Shown piece after piece: positions 17,374 to 26,665 of a stretch of 64,000 bases of DNA. Position 1 is the stretch's first letter. Each line of letters starts with the position of its first letter. Source of the DNA: Candidatus Wolfebacteria bacterium RIFOXYB1_FULL_54_12 (lineage in GTDB: Bacteria > Patescibacteriota > Minisyncoccia > UBA6257 > UBA9933). Both the position numbers and the translations under genes were made by a program. The DNA lies in NCBI GenBank assembly GCA_001793895.1, contig MGIT01000001.1, positions 106,508 through 170,507 on the forward strand, read 5' to 3'. The notes under the pieces were generated by a model. The model saw nothing but the letters and a program-made list of their open reading frames with translations, was not told the DNA's origin and ran no database searches.

Positions 17374-19170
17374 CTATTTAGTTGCACTGATTTTAACCCC
17401 TAATTCCGCATACGGCGCCCGCACGGTTATCTTTCCAGTCTTTGGGTCGCGAAGCACGGAATAGCCACTCATTGTTGCCGTTCCCCTGCTCGGGTCCCGC
17501 GGCAATGCGCGCAGATACCACGGCGCAAGGCAAGACTCGATGGCATATCCGCTCGTACCCAGAACCTTTGCAGTCGTCGGCAACGGTCCGGCAGAACAAG
17601 TAAATGCGCCGTCGTTATCGGCTTCGTTTTTCTTGATGGCGTTGGTGATCGCTTCGACATCAAAACTCCTGCGGGCGTTGCGCTCCAGCGCGGTCTTCGG
17701 CGCGGGGATGCGCGCATCGCCGCCAAGCATCTGCGTGAACAACGATTGCAAAGCGCTATCGATCGATCGCGCATCTTCCGGAGGGAAAATGTCCACAGGC
17801 TTATCGAAGCTGTTACCGGTAAGCGTTACCAGAACGCTCGCACTGCGCGCGCTGTCTTGCGGATCAATCGCAATGTGCATCTGCACTTTGCGTGGCGCCC
17901 CGCCAAGTTTCCCGATCCACACGTGCAAATCATCAATGGCGACGTTGGATAGCATGTCTCGCGCTTCCGGTGAACCATTTTTTTCAAGCCAACGAATAAA
18001 AGCTTCCTTATCGAACGCAAGCACATAGTGCCGCGATGAAACACCGTCAATGACCTCGTCTGCCAATGTACTTTGCACGGTCAAAAATCGATGTTCTTTC
18101 CATGCGGCAATACTCGTACTGCGCTCCTGCTTTGAAAGCCACGGCACAAGCCCACTCGCAGGATCCGTAGGTGATCCAAACTGTTCATGCGCATCTTTGT
18201 CCGACACCATGAACCACTGTTGCTGCAATGCGCTCAAGTTGAGAAACCCAAGGCTGGGCATGGCCGTTATATTTACATAACTGACCCGGTCGATATTGTT
18301 ATAAATAAATCCAAGCGTCGCTTCGCCCACGGCCCACTTGTCCATGGTCGATACGGCGGTAAAGGCCAACCGAGGATCGCCTTCTTGCGTTCCGTCAAAA
18401 GAACCGACGATATTTGATGTAAGCGTCGCCGGCCCATCAGCGGCAAACATGCTCACGAACGGCCCTGCGGCTCCCGTCGTTGCGACCAAGCCGGTCTTTG
18501 CATTTGCCATTTCCACCACGATCTCGCTCGCGAACGTAAACGATTCCACGCTATGCAATCGCGACATAGCCCGATCGATATCCCGCTCGGGCGATATGAA
18601 ATAGGCGGCATAAGCAAACCAAATACCCAGCGCCAATACCGCAATGCCAACGATCGCAATGGCGGTAAATGTAATGATTTTTTTCTTGTTGCGAATTTCG
18701 GAAACAGGTTTTTCTGCAACAGCGGAAGCGGTTGCTTTAAAAACAGAGGCTAACGGAGGTTGCTGTATTCCATTGGCAACGGCAAACGGAACGGTAGGCT
18801 GCAAAGGTGGCACAGGGCGGACCACGCCATGCGCTTCCGTGCGTGCAGGCGCAGGCTCAGGCGACGGCACCGTCGGCTTTGTAATAGGAGCAACCGGGAC
18901 TGCTTCTTGTACCACAGGAACAATCGGTCCGGGAGCTGGCGCTGGTTTAGGTGCCGGAGTCGGCTCGGCAACGATCTCAGGGGTTGGGATGGGATCAGCA
19001 ACCACTTCCTTACGCGCCATGCCCGTAACTCCGGGCGATACCAGTTCAAATATCTCGCGTATTTCTGCTTCATCGGTTCCCCTCCTACGCAAAAACTCGC
19101 GGACTTCCGCTTCACTCACCCCTCCACCCAATTGGTTTTTCACCACTTCAATAAGCGCCTGTTGTATCAT
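17374..19170 (-). CDS. hypothetical membrane-anchored protein: paralogous N-terminal domain, Pro-rich linker, one TM, and a large extracytoplasmic domain
   Basis: 598 aa with TM IITFTAIAIVGIAVLALGIWFAYAAYFI and a Pro/Ala-rich segment. Confidence 0.5.
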   Translation of the reverse strand: MIQQALIEVVKNQLGGGVSEAEVREFLRRRGTDEAEIREIFELVSPGVTGMARKEVVADPIPTPEIVAEPTPAPKPAPAPGPIVPVVQEAVPVAPITKPTVPSPEPAPARTEAHGVVRPVPPLQPTVPFAVANGIQQPPLASVFKATASAVAEKPVSEIRNKKKIITFTAIAIVGIAVLALGIWFAYAAYFISPERDIDRAMSRLHSVESFTFASEIVVEMANAKTGLVATTGAAGPFVSMFAADGPATLTSNIVGSFDGTQEGDPRLAFTAVSTMDKWAVGEATLGFIYNNIDRVSYVNITAMPSLGFLNLSALQQQWFMVSDKDAHEQFGSPTDPASGLVPWLSKQERSTSIAAWKEHRFLTVQSTLADEVIDGVSSRHYVLAFDKEAFIRWLEKNGSPEARDMLSNVAIDDLHVWIGKLGGAPRKVQMHIAIDPQDSARSASVLVTLTGNSFDKPVDIFPPEDARSIDSALQSLFTQMLGGDARIPAPKTALERNARRSFDVEAITNAIKKNEADNDGAFTCSAGPLPTTAKVLGTSGYAIESCLAPWYLRALPRDPSRGTATMSGYSVLRDPKTGKITVRAPYAELGVKISATK

Positions 19171-19223
19171 GCCTGCTCAAAAAATAACTATACACTAAGT
19201 ATATCCGACAACGCCCAACAAAA

Positions 19224-19264
19224 CAAAAACCATGCATTAAAATGCATGGTTTTTGTTTTTGTGG
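19224..19264 (-). terminator. rho-independent terminator, copy 1 of a duplicated hairpin
   Basis: aaaaaccatgcatt-aaa-atgcatggttttt gtttttgtgg. Confidence 0.6.
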
Positions 19265-19408
19265 TGTTTGTTTGAAAAAGTCAGAACCCATTTTGAGAAA
19301 GATCCCTAACCGCTCCGCTCGGGGTGCGGCGGAAAAAGAAAAAAAAAATTAGGGAGGCGGGAAGAATCCCGCGCCGTCCGAGTTAAAAAATTGGCACTGG
19401 GCGAATTT

Positions 19409-21829
19409 CTAATAAGTCGAATAGGCGTAGTCAAACACGGCATGAGCTACTGTCTCTAAACTTTTAGCACTACATTTATCGAGCGTATCGCCAGTCGTAT
19501 GATATGGCGGGTATTCAAAATCAATCAACAGGAAACTCGGAATTCCAGCTCGATTGAGCGGGGTGTGATCATCTTGGACACTTTGCCCAACCTTATCTTG
19601 AAAAACGTGGCTGTCCACTTTTTGCGCAATACTCCAAAATGCGTCCGCTTGAGACTGGGCATTTTGCACGGATGATTGCTCCTTGTAAATTCTCAAGTCT
19701 TTATCGCACACCATATCAAGAACAAGTGCGGATACCGGTATATTATTCCCATAAAGTTCGCTCAAATGTTCGGAAAAATAAGTAGAACCGAGAGGTCTCC
19801 AATTGCTATAATCACTGCCTTGATTTATATCTCCCTCTTCTCCATCAAAGAAAACGATGTCCACGCCAACACTCGGTATCACATGAGAATTGCCGAGTAT
19901 CCGCGCTAATTCCACAAGGACGGCAACACCCGAAGCAGAGTCGTTGCCCCCTGGCACTGGTTGATCTTTGTATACGTGATCCTTATCCGCAAGTTTTTTA
20001 CTGTCATAATGTGTCGCTAAAATAATGCGCCGTTCTTGGGTTGGGTATAGACGGCCTATGATATTCGATAATTTATGGATTTTACCGTCTGTCCCTTTGT
20101 AATCCCACGATTGTGTAATTACTTCGTTGGTTTGTTCTTTCATCTCCGCAATTAGAAATTTCTGCACGTTTTCATGCCCGGGTGCGCTCATGTGGCGCGG
20201 CCCATACCTTAGTTGTTGGTTTATCACGGCAAGCATTTCGTTGCCATCAATAAACGGTTTTTCCTTAAAAGTACGCCGGAGAACTTCGGACGTTAAGTAC
20301 TCAACCGGAGAAAAATTGTCGGTGAGAATTGGGTATGGAGACAAATTAAATCTGTCCAAGTTGATAACTTTATTTCGAAGCGAGCTAATGATTGAGTTCT
20401 CATTTTGCAGAATTGAAGCCGCGCTCAAATCAATTTTTTTATTACCATTCCATCCAACCAAAATAATATTTTGGGAATCTGTTTTTCCGGGAGTTTCAAC
20501 CGCAAAAAAATAACTATTTGGAAAAACACTTTGAAAAGTTTTTATCTCCGCAAAAATAAGAGATGGCTCTTGTCTTGATAAATCTCCGATTAAATTAGCG
20601 ATAAACAATCCATCGTCAGATAATTTCTCTTTTGCGATGGTAAAAAATTCCTGCGTTGTAAAGTGAGCAGGAATGGAAAAAAGAGAATGGTACGCATCGC
20701 TAAATATAAAATCATATTTTTTATTCGAATCCCAAAGCAGGCGACGACCATCTTCAGTATAATTGTATAGATTTGAATTGTCTTCTACGGCAAAATATTC
20801 TTTTGCTAATGCCAATAACGATGGTTCAATTTCTGAAACATCGAGTGTCGCGTTTGGCAACTCCGCTAAAAGGGCCTTCGGTATAGAATATGCGCCACCG
20901 CCTATAACTAAAGCATTTCGTACGTCCGGCTTGAAAACTTTGTAGAGAGAATAGTATTTCGTGTATTCATAAACGAGATCGGCCGGGTTATCCGAATCGA
21001 GAAACATCGCACCGGAACCACTCCGATCCTGTTGAAAAAATCTTGTCGGCCTGCTTTCAAACATACCATCGTAGATGGTGATTTTTTCGTAAATACCATC
21101 TTTGCTGTACAATACATCGCCTTTTGTTTGCTGAACCGCAACAATGGTAATAAGGGCTAAAGTGACAACGGCAACCAAAGACTGGGTTAGGCGTTTTTTG
21201 TCAAAACCAAATACCGTAAGTGGGATAAATCCGAGAAGGAAGAGAACAACTCCTGTGGCAATAAAAATATGGTCTATGCCAAAATTAGGTATAAGCACAA
21301 AACCCGCAAGTAGACTGCCAATGATACTCCCCAGAGTAGACCAAAAAAATATTTTACCCGAAACACTTCCCACTCCCTGCTCTGGTGCTTGAAGACTCTG
21401 TAATTTTATAGCATAGGGCGACAAAGTGCCGAGCAATAACGCAGGAACAAGGAACAGCAGCAAAGAAGAGATCAGTGGTCCGCTTGTAAGTGAAAGATTT
21501 TTGCTTAAAATTGGAAGAATTATCAAACCAAAAAAATGAAATACAAGGACAAGAAGACCGCTTACGAGAATTATCCCGAAGAACCACCGTAACGATGGGT
21601 GACGATCTGCAAATTTTCCGCCCACATAATATCCTATGCTAAGAGCTGCGAGTATAACACTTATTATACTTGATACAGTAAAAATTGTGTTTCCATAGTG
21701 AGGCGAAAGGACACGGACGGCAACGACTTCAATAATCAAAACACACGCCCCAGTGATAAATACTGAGATTGGCAGCAAATTTTGCTTTAAAAATTTGTTC
21801 ATGTATTTAATCATGGTAGCAGTTTGCAT
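19409..21829 (-). CDS. fusion protein: polytopic membrane domain plus spermidine/spermine synthase-like methyltransferase fold plus C-terminal M28 zinc peptidase domain
   Basis: 806 aa. The N-terminus has about 8 TM segments. The ALVIGGGAYSIPKALLAELPNATLDVSEIEPSLLALAKEYF segment is spermidine-synthase-like. The C-terminus has GGNDSASGVAVLVELARIL and VFFDGEE (M28 metal ligands). Confidence 0.55.
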   Translation of the reverse strand: MQTATMIKYMNKFLKQNLLPISVFITGACVLIIEVVAVRVLSPHYGNTIFTVSSIISVILAALSIGYYVGGKFADRHPSLRWFFGIILVSGLLVLVFHFFGLIILPILSKNLSLTSGPLISSLLLFLVPALLLGTLSPYAIKLQSLQAPEQGVGSVSGKIFFWSTLGSIIGSLLAGFVLIPNFGIDHIFIATGVVLFLLGFIPLTVFGFDKKRLTQSLVAVVTLALITIVAVQQTKGDVLYSKDGIYEKITIYDGMFESRPTRFFQQDRSGSGAMFLDSDNPADLVYEYTKYYSLYKVFKPDVRNALVIGGGAYSIPKALLAELPNATLDVSEIEPSLLALAKEYFAVEDNSNLYNYTEDGRRLLWDSNKKYDFIFSDAYHSLFSIPAHFTTQEFFTIAKEKLSDDGLFIANLIGDLSRQEPSLIFAEIKTFQSVFPNSYFFAVETPGKTDSQNIILVGWNGNKKIDLSAASILQNENSIISSLRNKVINLDRFNLSPYPILTDNFSPVEYLTSEVLRRTFKEKPFIDGNEMLAVINQQLRYGPRHMSAPGHENVQKFLIAEMKEQTNEVITQSWDYKGTDGKIHKLSNIIGRLYPTQERRIILATHYDSKKLADKDHVYKDQPVPGGNDSASGVAVLVELARILGNSHVIPSVGVDIVFFDGEEGDINQGSDYSNWRPLGSTYFSEHLSELYGNNIPVSALVLDMVCDKDLRIYKEQSSVQNAQSQADAFWSIAQKVDSHVFQDKVGQSVQDDHTPLNRAGIPSFLLIDFEYPPYHTTGDTLDKCSAKSLETVAHAVFDYAYSTY

Positions 21830-21887
21830 ATGATTAGTCTATCCGCCATTGTATTTTTTAAGCGAGGACTATTTTCAAAATATTTCA

Positions 21888-21934
21888 CAAAAACAAAGAC
21901 CACGCATTTTAATGCATGGTTTTTGTTTTTGTGG
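21888..21934 (-). terminator. rho-independent terminator, copy 2 of the duplicated hairpin; it abuts the tRNA-Ala 3' end
   Basis: aaaaacaaagaccacgcatt-ttaa-tgcatggtttttgtttttgtgg. Confidence 0.55.
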
Positions 21935-22002
21935 ACCTAGGCGGAATCGGACCGCCGTCTCAGCAATGCGAATGCCGTGTTCTACCACTAGACTATAGGC
22001 CC
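21932..22002 (-). tRNA. tRNA-Ala (CGC)
   Basis: Reverse complement reads GGGCCTATAGTCTAGTGGTAGAACACGGCATTCGCATTGCTGAGACGGCGGTCCGATTCCGCCTAGGTCCA. G3:U70 is present. The anticodon loop is ttCGCat. Confidence 0.8.
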
Positions 22003-22052
22003 TTTTATTAGCCTTTTTATTATAGGGATATTGGGGTAAAAATCAACCGGAT

Positions 22053-22173
22053 TGTCATATACCGGCGTCCGCCCGCAACGATGTAGCAACTTCTGGCGGG
22101 GAGGCCGGAATCCGGTAGTATATTTCCACAAAGACACTTAGTACTCTGGATCCCGATTTTCATCGGGATGACA
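22053..22173. repeat. TGTCATTCC-family element, degenerate composite
   Basis: tgtcatataccggcgtccgccc...ggcggggaggccggaatc ... tagtactctgg atcccgattttcatcgggatgaca. Confidence 0.6.
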
Positions 22174-22188
22174 ATACAAAAACTTGGT

Positions 22189-23457
22189 TTATTCGGGAAT
22201 TTCAACAAAATGGTAATTCTTCTTACCGCGCTTCACGATGATATATGTATTAAACAGGATATCGTCGTTACTCAATAGGGCGTCAACATCGGATATTTTC
22301 TTTCCGCTTATTTCAATCGCTCCGGATTCGATATCTTCCCGTGCCTGTCGCTTCGACAGCGGCGTCTTCCATGCAAGCGACGCGAGAAAATCGACGACGG
22401 TCATATCTTTGATGCTTGCGGCATCAATCTTTTGTACGGCAACATTCCCGACGAACAATGCTTCGCATTTCTTTTTGTCCGTCACAATCTCCGAAATATC
22501 TCCGCCAAACAGCGCCTCGGAAATATTCTGTGCCTGCTTCAGCGCTTCTTTCCCATGCACGAATTCCGTCACCGCTTCCGCAAGCGCCTTGTGTGCTTCG
22601 CGCTTCTCGGGTGCGGCCTGCAACGATCGTTCCAGTTCTGCAATTTCTTCAAGCGTCAAAAATGTATAGTATTTCAAAAATTTCACCACATCGGCGTCGT
22701 CAACATTCAACCAAAATTGGTAAAAATGATAGGGCGAGGTCAATGTCGCGTCGAGCCAAACAGCTCCCCCTTCGCTCTTGCCCATCTTCTTTCCGTCTGC
22801 CTTTGTGACGAGCGGCATGGTCAAGCCATACACTTCTTTGTGCAACGCCTTGCGAACCAACTCGATGCCCGCGGTAATATTTCCCCACTGGTCGGAACCG
22901 CCGATCTGCAATGCCACTTCGCGCGATTCATGCAGTTTCAAAAAATCATACGCCTGCAACAACATGTAGCTGAACTCGGTGAACGAGATGCCCGTTTCCA
23001 ATCGGCTCTTTACCGATTCCTTGGCAAGCATTTCATTGACGGTAAAATATTTTCCCGCATCGCGCAAAAAATCAACAAGCGGCATTTGCCCGAGCCAATC
23101 GTAATTGTTCACATATTGCGCATGTTTGAAATTAAATTGTCCGATTTGCTTTTCCAACCCGGCAGTCATCGATTCCACAACATCGCTTGTGTTAAGCGTA
23201 CGCTCCTGTGCCTTTCCGCTCGGGTCGCCGATCAGGCCCGTGGCCCCGCCCACCAGCATCACCGGCACCATGCCGGCATCCTCAAGCCGCTTGGCAAATA
23301 CGATACCCAAAAGACTGCCCACATGCAGGCTCGCCGCCGTCGGGTCGAAACCCATGTAAAACAGCCCGCCTTTGCGGTCTACGAGCGCCCGGAGCGCTTC
23401 TTCGTTGGATACCTGATAGATCAGTCCTCGTTCCTTTAATTCATCCAAAATATGCAT
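22189..23457 (-). CDS. tyrS: tyrosine--tRNA ligase
   Basis: HIGH-like HVGSL, KMSKS-like KMGKS, and a C-terminal S4 domain. Confidence 0.9.
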   Translation of the reverse strand: MHILDELKERGLIYQVSNEEALRALVDRKGGLFYMGFDPTAASLHVGSLLGIVFAKRLEDAGMVPVMLVGGATGLIGDPSGKAQERTLNTSDVVESMTAGLEKQIGQFNFKHAQYVNNYDWLGQMPLVDFLRDAGKYFTVNEMLAKESVKSRLETGISFTEFSYMLLQAYDFLKLHESREVALQIGGSDQWGNITAGIELVRKALHKEVYGLTMPLVTKADGKKMGKSEGGAVWLDATLTSPYHFYQFWLNVDDADVVKFLKYYTFLTLEEIAELERSLQAAPEKREAHKALAEAVTEFVHGKEALKQAQNISEALFGGDISEIVTDKKKCEALFVGNVAVQKIDAASIKDMTVVDFLASLAWKTPLSKRQAREDIESGAIEISGKKISDVDALLSNDDILFNTYIIVKRGKKNYHFVEIPE

Positions 23458-23498
23458 ATGTGTGTATTGTATCGCAAAAGGCCGGCCTTATGAAAGGG

Positions 23499-24440
23499 TT
23501 ACGGCACGATGCGGATTTCCTCCTCCAAAACGATCCCATACCGCCCAAGAGCCTTCTTTTTGGCGAGCTTGATCAAGCCGATAACATCGGCAAAGGTGGC
23601 CCGGTTTCGGTTGATGAAAAAATTGGGATGCTTTTCCGATATTTCGGCGCCGCCAATGCGCGACCCCTTCAGATCAAGCCGGTCAAGCACCGCGGCAACG
23701 GGAATCACAGGAAACGGATCCACCTTGACCACGCTGGCGAATTCTTTTCGCACCTGCGGGGTGACGGATGCGACGGGAATATTTTTGAATGTGCTTCCTG
23801 CGCTCGGATATTCGAGGGGCTGAAACCGTTCACGGTATGCGATGCATCGTTCCACTTCCGCACAAACCGCTTGCTTGTCTCCCGGCGTGGCACGCACCAC
23901 GACGCTCGCAATGATCTCGTTGCCGTTGCGCTTGAATACGCTATCGCGGTAACCAAACGCACATTCTGCGGCACTGCGAACACGGCGCTCTACCATTCCC
24001 GCTGCGCGATCATAAAAAATACTTTCCACCGAAACAACGCAGTCTTTCATTTCCCCGCCAAAGCACCCCGCATTCCCAAACACCGCACCGCCGACCGTAC
24101 CGGGCAACCCGCCTGCCCATGCAAGATCGTCGAGCCCCTGCGCCAAATGATAACGGACCGCATCCTGCATGGATGTCCCGGCGGAAATGCGCACGCCTCC
24201 CGCCTCTTTACGAATGTGCTTGTTTACATATTGCATGATCAATCCATCGTAACCCCGTTCGGAAAAAAGCATGTTCGTACCGGCTCCCAAAAAAAGAAAC
24301 GGGATACGACGCGCAAACGCCCATCGCACGGCACCGACGATATCGTGCGCGTTCTGCGGCTCGCAAAAATACCGGGCCTTTCCGCCGATCCGGTAATGCA
24401 TGCGCCGTGCAAGTGAAATGTTTCTTCGAATGGCTATCAT
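23499..24440 (-). CDS. murB: UDP-N-acetylenolpyruvoylglucosamine reductase
   Basis: 313 aa with an N-terminal FAD-binding PCMH domain (FLGAGTNML) and a MurB C-terminal domain. Confidence 0.8.
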   Translation of the reverse strand: MIAIRRNISLARRMHYRIGGKARYFCEPQNAHDIVGAVRWAFARRIPFLFLGAGTNMLFSERGYDGLIMQYVNKHIRKEAGGVRISAGTSMQDAVRYHLAQGLDDLAWAGGLPGTVGGAVFGNAGCFGGEMKDCVVSVESIFYDRAAGMVERRVRSAAECAFGYRDSVFKRNGNEIIASVVVRATPGDKQAVCAEVERCIAYRERFQPLEYPSAGSTFKNIPVASVTPQVRKEFASVVKVDPFPVIPVAAVLDRLDLKGSRIGGAEISEKHPNFFINRNRATFADVIGLIKLAKKKALGRYGIVLEEEIRIVP

Positions 24441-26632
24441 GAGAGTTTCTTTCCGCTCCAGCGCAACAACAGCGCGTTAGCCGCAACGACCACCGTACTC
24501 AACGACATGAGCGCCGCAGAAAGGGCAGGCGAAAGCACGATCCCCTGCGAATGCAGTACGCCCGCGGCAAGTGGAATGGCAATCACATTATATCCGGTCG
24601 CCCAAAACAGGTTCTGCAACATCTTGCGATAGGTCAATCGGGACAGTTCAAATATCTTTGCCACATCGCGCGGATCGCTCTTGGCCAAAATGATCCCCGC
24701 GGATTCGATGGCCACGTTCGTACCGGCACCGATGGCGACCCCGACGTTCGCCTGCATCAATGCAGGCGCATCGTTGATGCCGTCACCGACCATGGCAACG
24801 CGATAGCCCTGTTCCTGATACTTTTTAACCTTCTCGACTTTTTCATGTGGCGATATGCGGAAAAAATATTCCTCAATGCCGAGATCTTGCGCGACCCACT
24901 CGGCAACCTCCTCGGAGTCACCCGTCATCATGATCGGCTTGATGCCGAGGCGCTTTAATGTTTCGATCGCTTCTTTTGATTCCGGGCGGATGACATCGGC
25001 AAGCGCAATGACACCGATCGGCGCGTCATCCACTACGACGTACACGATGGTCTGCCCTTTGCCCGCGAGCAATGCAACTTCTTGGCGCACTTCTTGTGGC
25101 ATTTGGTCGACGATCTTTGCCCCTACAAGCGCTTCTCCGCCCACTTCCACACGAAGCCCGCGCAATGTACCCCGCACACCCTTGCCGGGCAATCGCTCGA
25201 AGCCGGTCACCAGAAACAGTTCAATCTCGCGTTGCCGCGCTTCCGCCACGATCGCGCGGGAAACGGGATGTTCCGAAGCGGTATCAACCGAAGCGGCAAG
25301 CCGCAATATGTTTTCTTCGACACGAGATTCCACTACACCCTGCGCATCACCCTCAACAGTTTCTTTTTCAAACGGAATGATCTTGTGGACTCCATATGCA
25401 CCGGCGGTCAATGTGCCGGTCTTATCAAACAGCACCATGTCGATGGTTCGCGCGGCCTCAAGTGCAAGCCGATCTTTGACAAACAACCCGTTGCGCGAAG
25501 CAAGTGAAGTCGATATGGCGACCACCAACGGCACGGCAAGCCCAAGTGCGTGCGGACACGCCACCACCAACACTGCGACGACCCGACCCAATACGAACGA
25601 AGGGTCGGCGCCCAATGTACTCCAAACAATCGCAGTGGCCAACGCGGCAGTAATGGCGATTCCGGTCAAATAAGAAGCGGCCCTGTCGGCGAGAATCTGC
25701 ATATGCGATTTTGACATCTGCGCCTTGACGACCAAACGCATGACACCCGCCAAAAAAGTATTCCCTCCGATTTGGGTAATGCGTATGACCAACCGGCCAT
25801 CTGCATTGATGGTGCCTGCAACGACCCCGCCGTCTATCCGCTTCGCAATAGGAGCCGACTCGCCCGTGATCATGGCCTCGTTGACCTGCGATTCCCCTTC
25901 GACGACAATTCCATCTGCCGGTATTTTCCCGCCCGGCTTCACCACGACCATGTCGCCTAAGTTCAGTTCATCCAACGTCACGGTCTTGGTCTCTTTTCCT
26001 GCGACGACCTCGGCGGTATCGGGCAGCAGCGCGGCAAGCGTCTGCAACGCACGTTGCGCGGTATCGATGGAACGCATTTCTATATAATGTCCAAGCAACA
26101 TGATGGTGATCAATGTTGCAAGCTCCCAAAACAAACCATGCGGATCGCCGGTGGCAAACACATACACGCTATAGGCATACGCATTAATGATCGCAAGTGA
26201 AATGAGCGTCATCATTCCCGGAACCTTTGCGCGCAATTCACGCACGGCGCCGACAAGAAAGATCCACCCGGCATAAACAAACACAATGGACCCAAGCGCG
26301 GGCGCAAGATAACGCACGCCACGAAACACAGGCACAGAAAACCCAAATAACGTCTCAGGGAGTTCGGAATACAATACGATCGGAATGGTCAATGCAAGCG
26401 AAATCCAGAATTTTTTCAAAAATGAACCGGCGGTATGGCCGGCATGTGCATCATGCACCGGAGCCTGTTCGCCCGGCAGCGCGTGGTCAACAAACCCGCG
26501 AACGGTCAATACCATGCCGCACTTCGGACAATTGCCCGCGCGCTCGGAAGAAACATCGGGATGCATGGGGCAAGTATATTCGACTACCGGATCATTCAGG
26601 AGATCGTGGACCATATTACAGCAGTATACCAT
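24437..26632 (-). CDS. heavy-metal translocating P1B-type ATPase (CPH membrane motif; CopB-like)
   Basis: N-terminal CPMHPDV...CPKCGM metal-binding domain, TM CPH (VVACPHALGLA), DKTGTLT, and GDGINDAP. Confidence 0.85.
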   Translation of the reverse strand: MVYCCNMVHDLLNDPVVEYTCPMHPDVSSERAGNCPKCGMVLTVRGFVDHALPGEQAPVHDAHAGHTAGSFLKKFWISLALTIPIVLYSELPETLFGFSVPVFRGVRYLAPALGSIVFVYAGWIFLVGAVRELRAKVPGMMTLISLAIINAYAYSVYVFATGDPHGLFWELATLITIMLLGHYIEMRSIDTAQRALQTLAALLPDTAEVVAGKETKTVTLDELNLGDMVVVKPGGKIPADGIVVEGESQVNEAMITGESAPIAKRIDGGVVAGTINADGRLVIRITQIGGNTFLAGVMRLVVKAQMSKSHMQILADRAASYLTGIAITAALATAIVWSTLGADPSFVLGRVVAVLVVACPHALGLAVPLVVAISTSLASRNGLFVKDRLALEAARTIDMVLFDKTGTLTAGAYGVHKIIPFEKETVEGDAQGVVESRVEENILRLAASVDTASEHPVSRAIVAEARQREIELFLVTGFERLPGKGVRGTLRGLRVEVGGEALVGAKIVDQMPQEVRQEVALLAGKGQTIVYVVVDDAPIGVIALADVIRPESKEAIETLKRLGIKPIMMTGDSEEVAEWVAQDLGIEEYFFRISPHEKVEKVKKYQEQGYRVAMVGDGINDAPALMQANVGVAIGAGTNVAIESAGIILAKSDPRDVAKIFELSRLTYRKMLQNLFWATGYNVIAIPLAAGVLHSQGIVLSPALSAALMSLSTVVVAANALLLRWSGKKLS

Positions 26633-26665
26633 ACCGAATAAGCCCTTAAAACCGTCCCTTGTGGC

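Noticed and set aside
19330-19380. gggaggcgggaagaatcccgcgcc, a possible degenerate member of the TGTCATTCC family.
   Set aside because: It lacks the TGTCAT/ATGACA termini and the GGAAT/ATTCC stem boundaries. It was not counted.
22432-23439. 335 aa plus-strand ORF.
   Set aside because: Antisense to tyrS.
24855-25673. 272 aa plus-strand ORF rich in Ser/Thr/Ala/Arg.
   Set aside because: Antisense to the P-type ATPase gene, with a compositional artefact.
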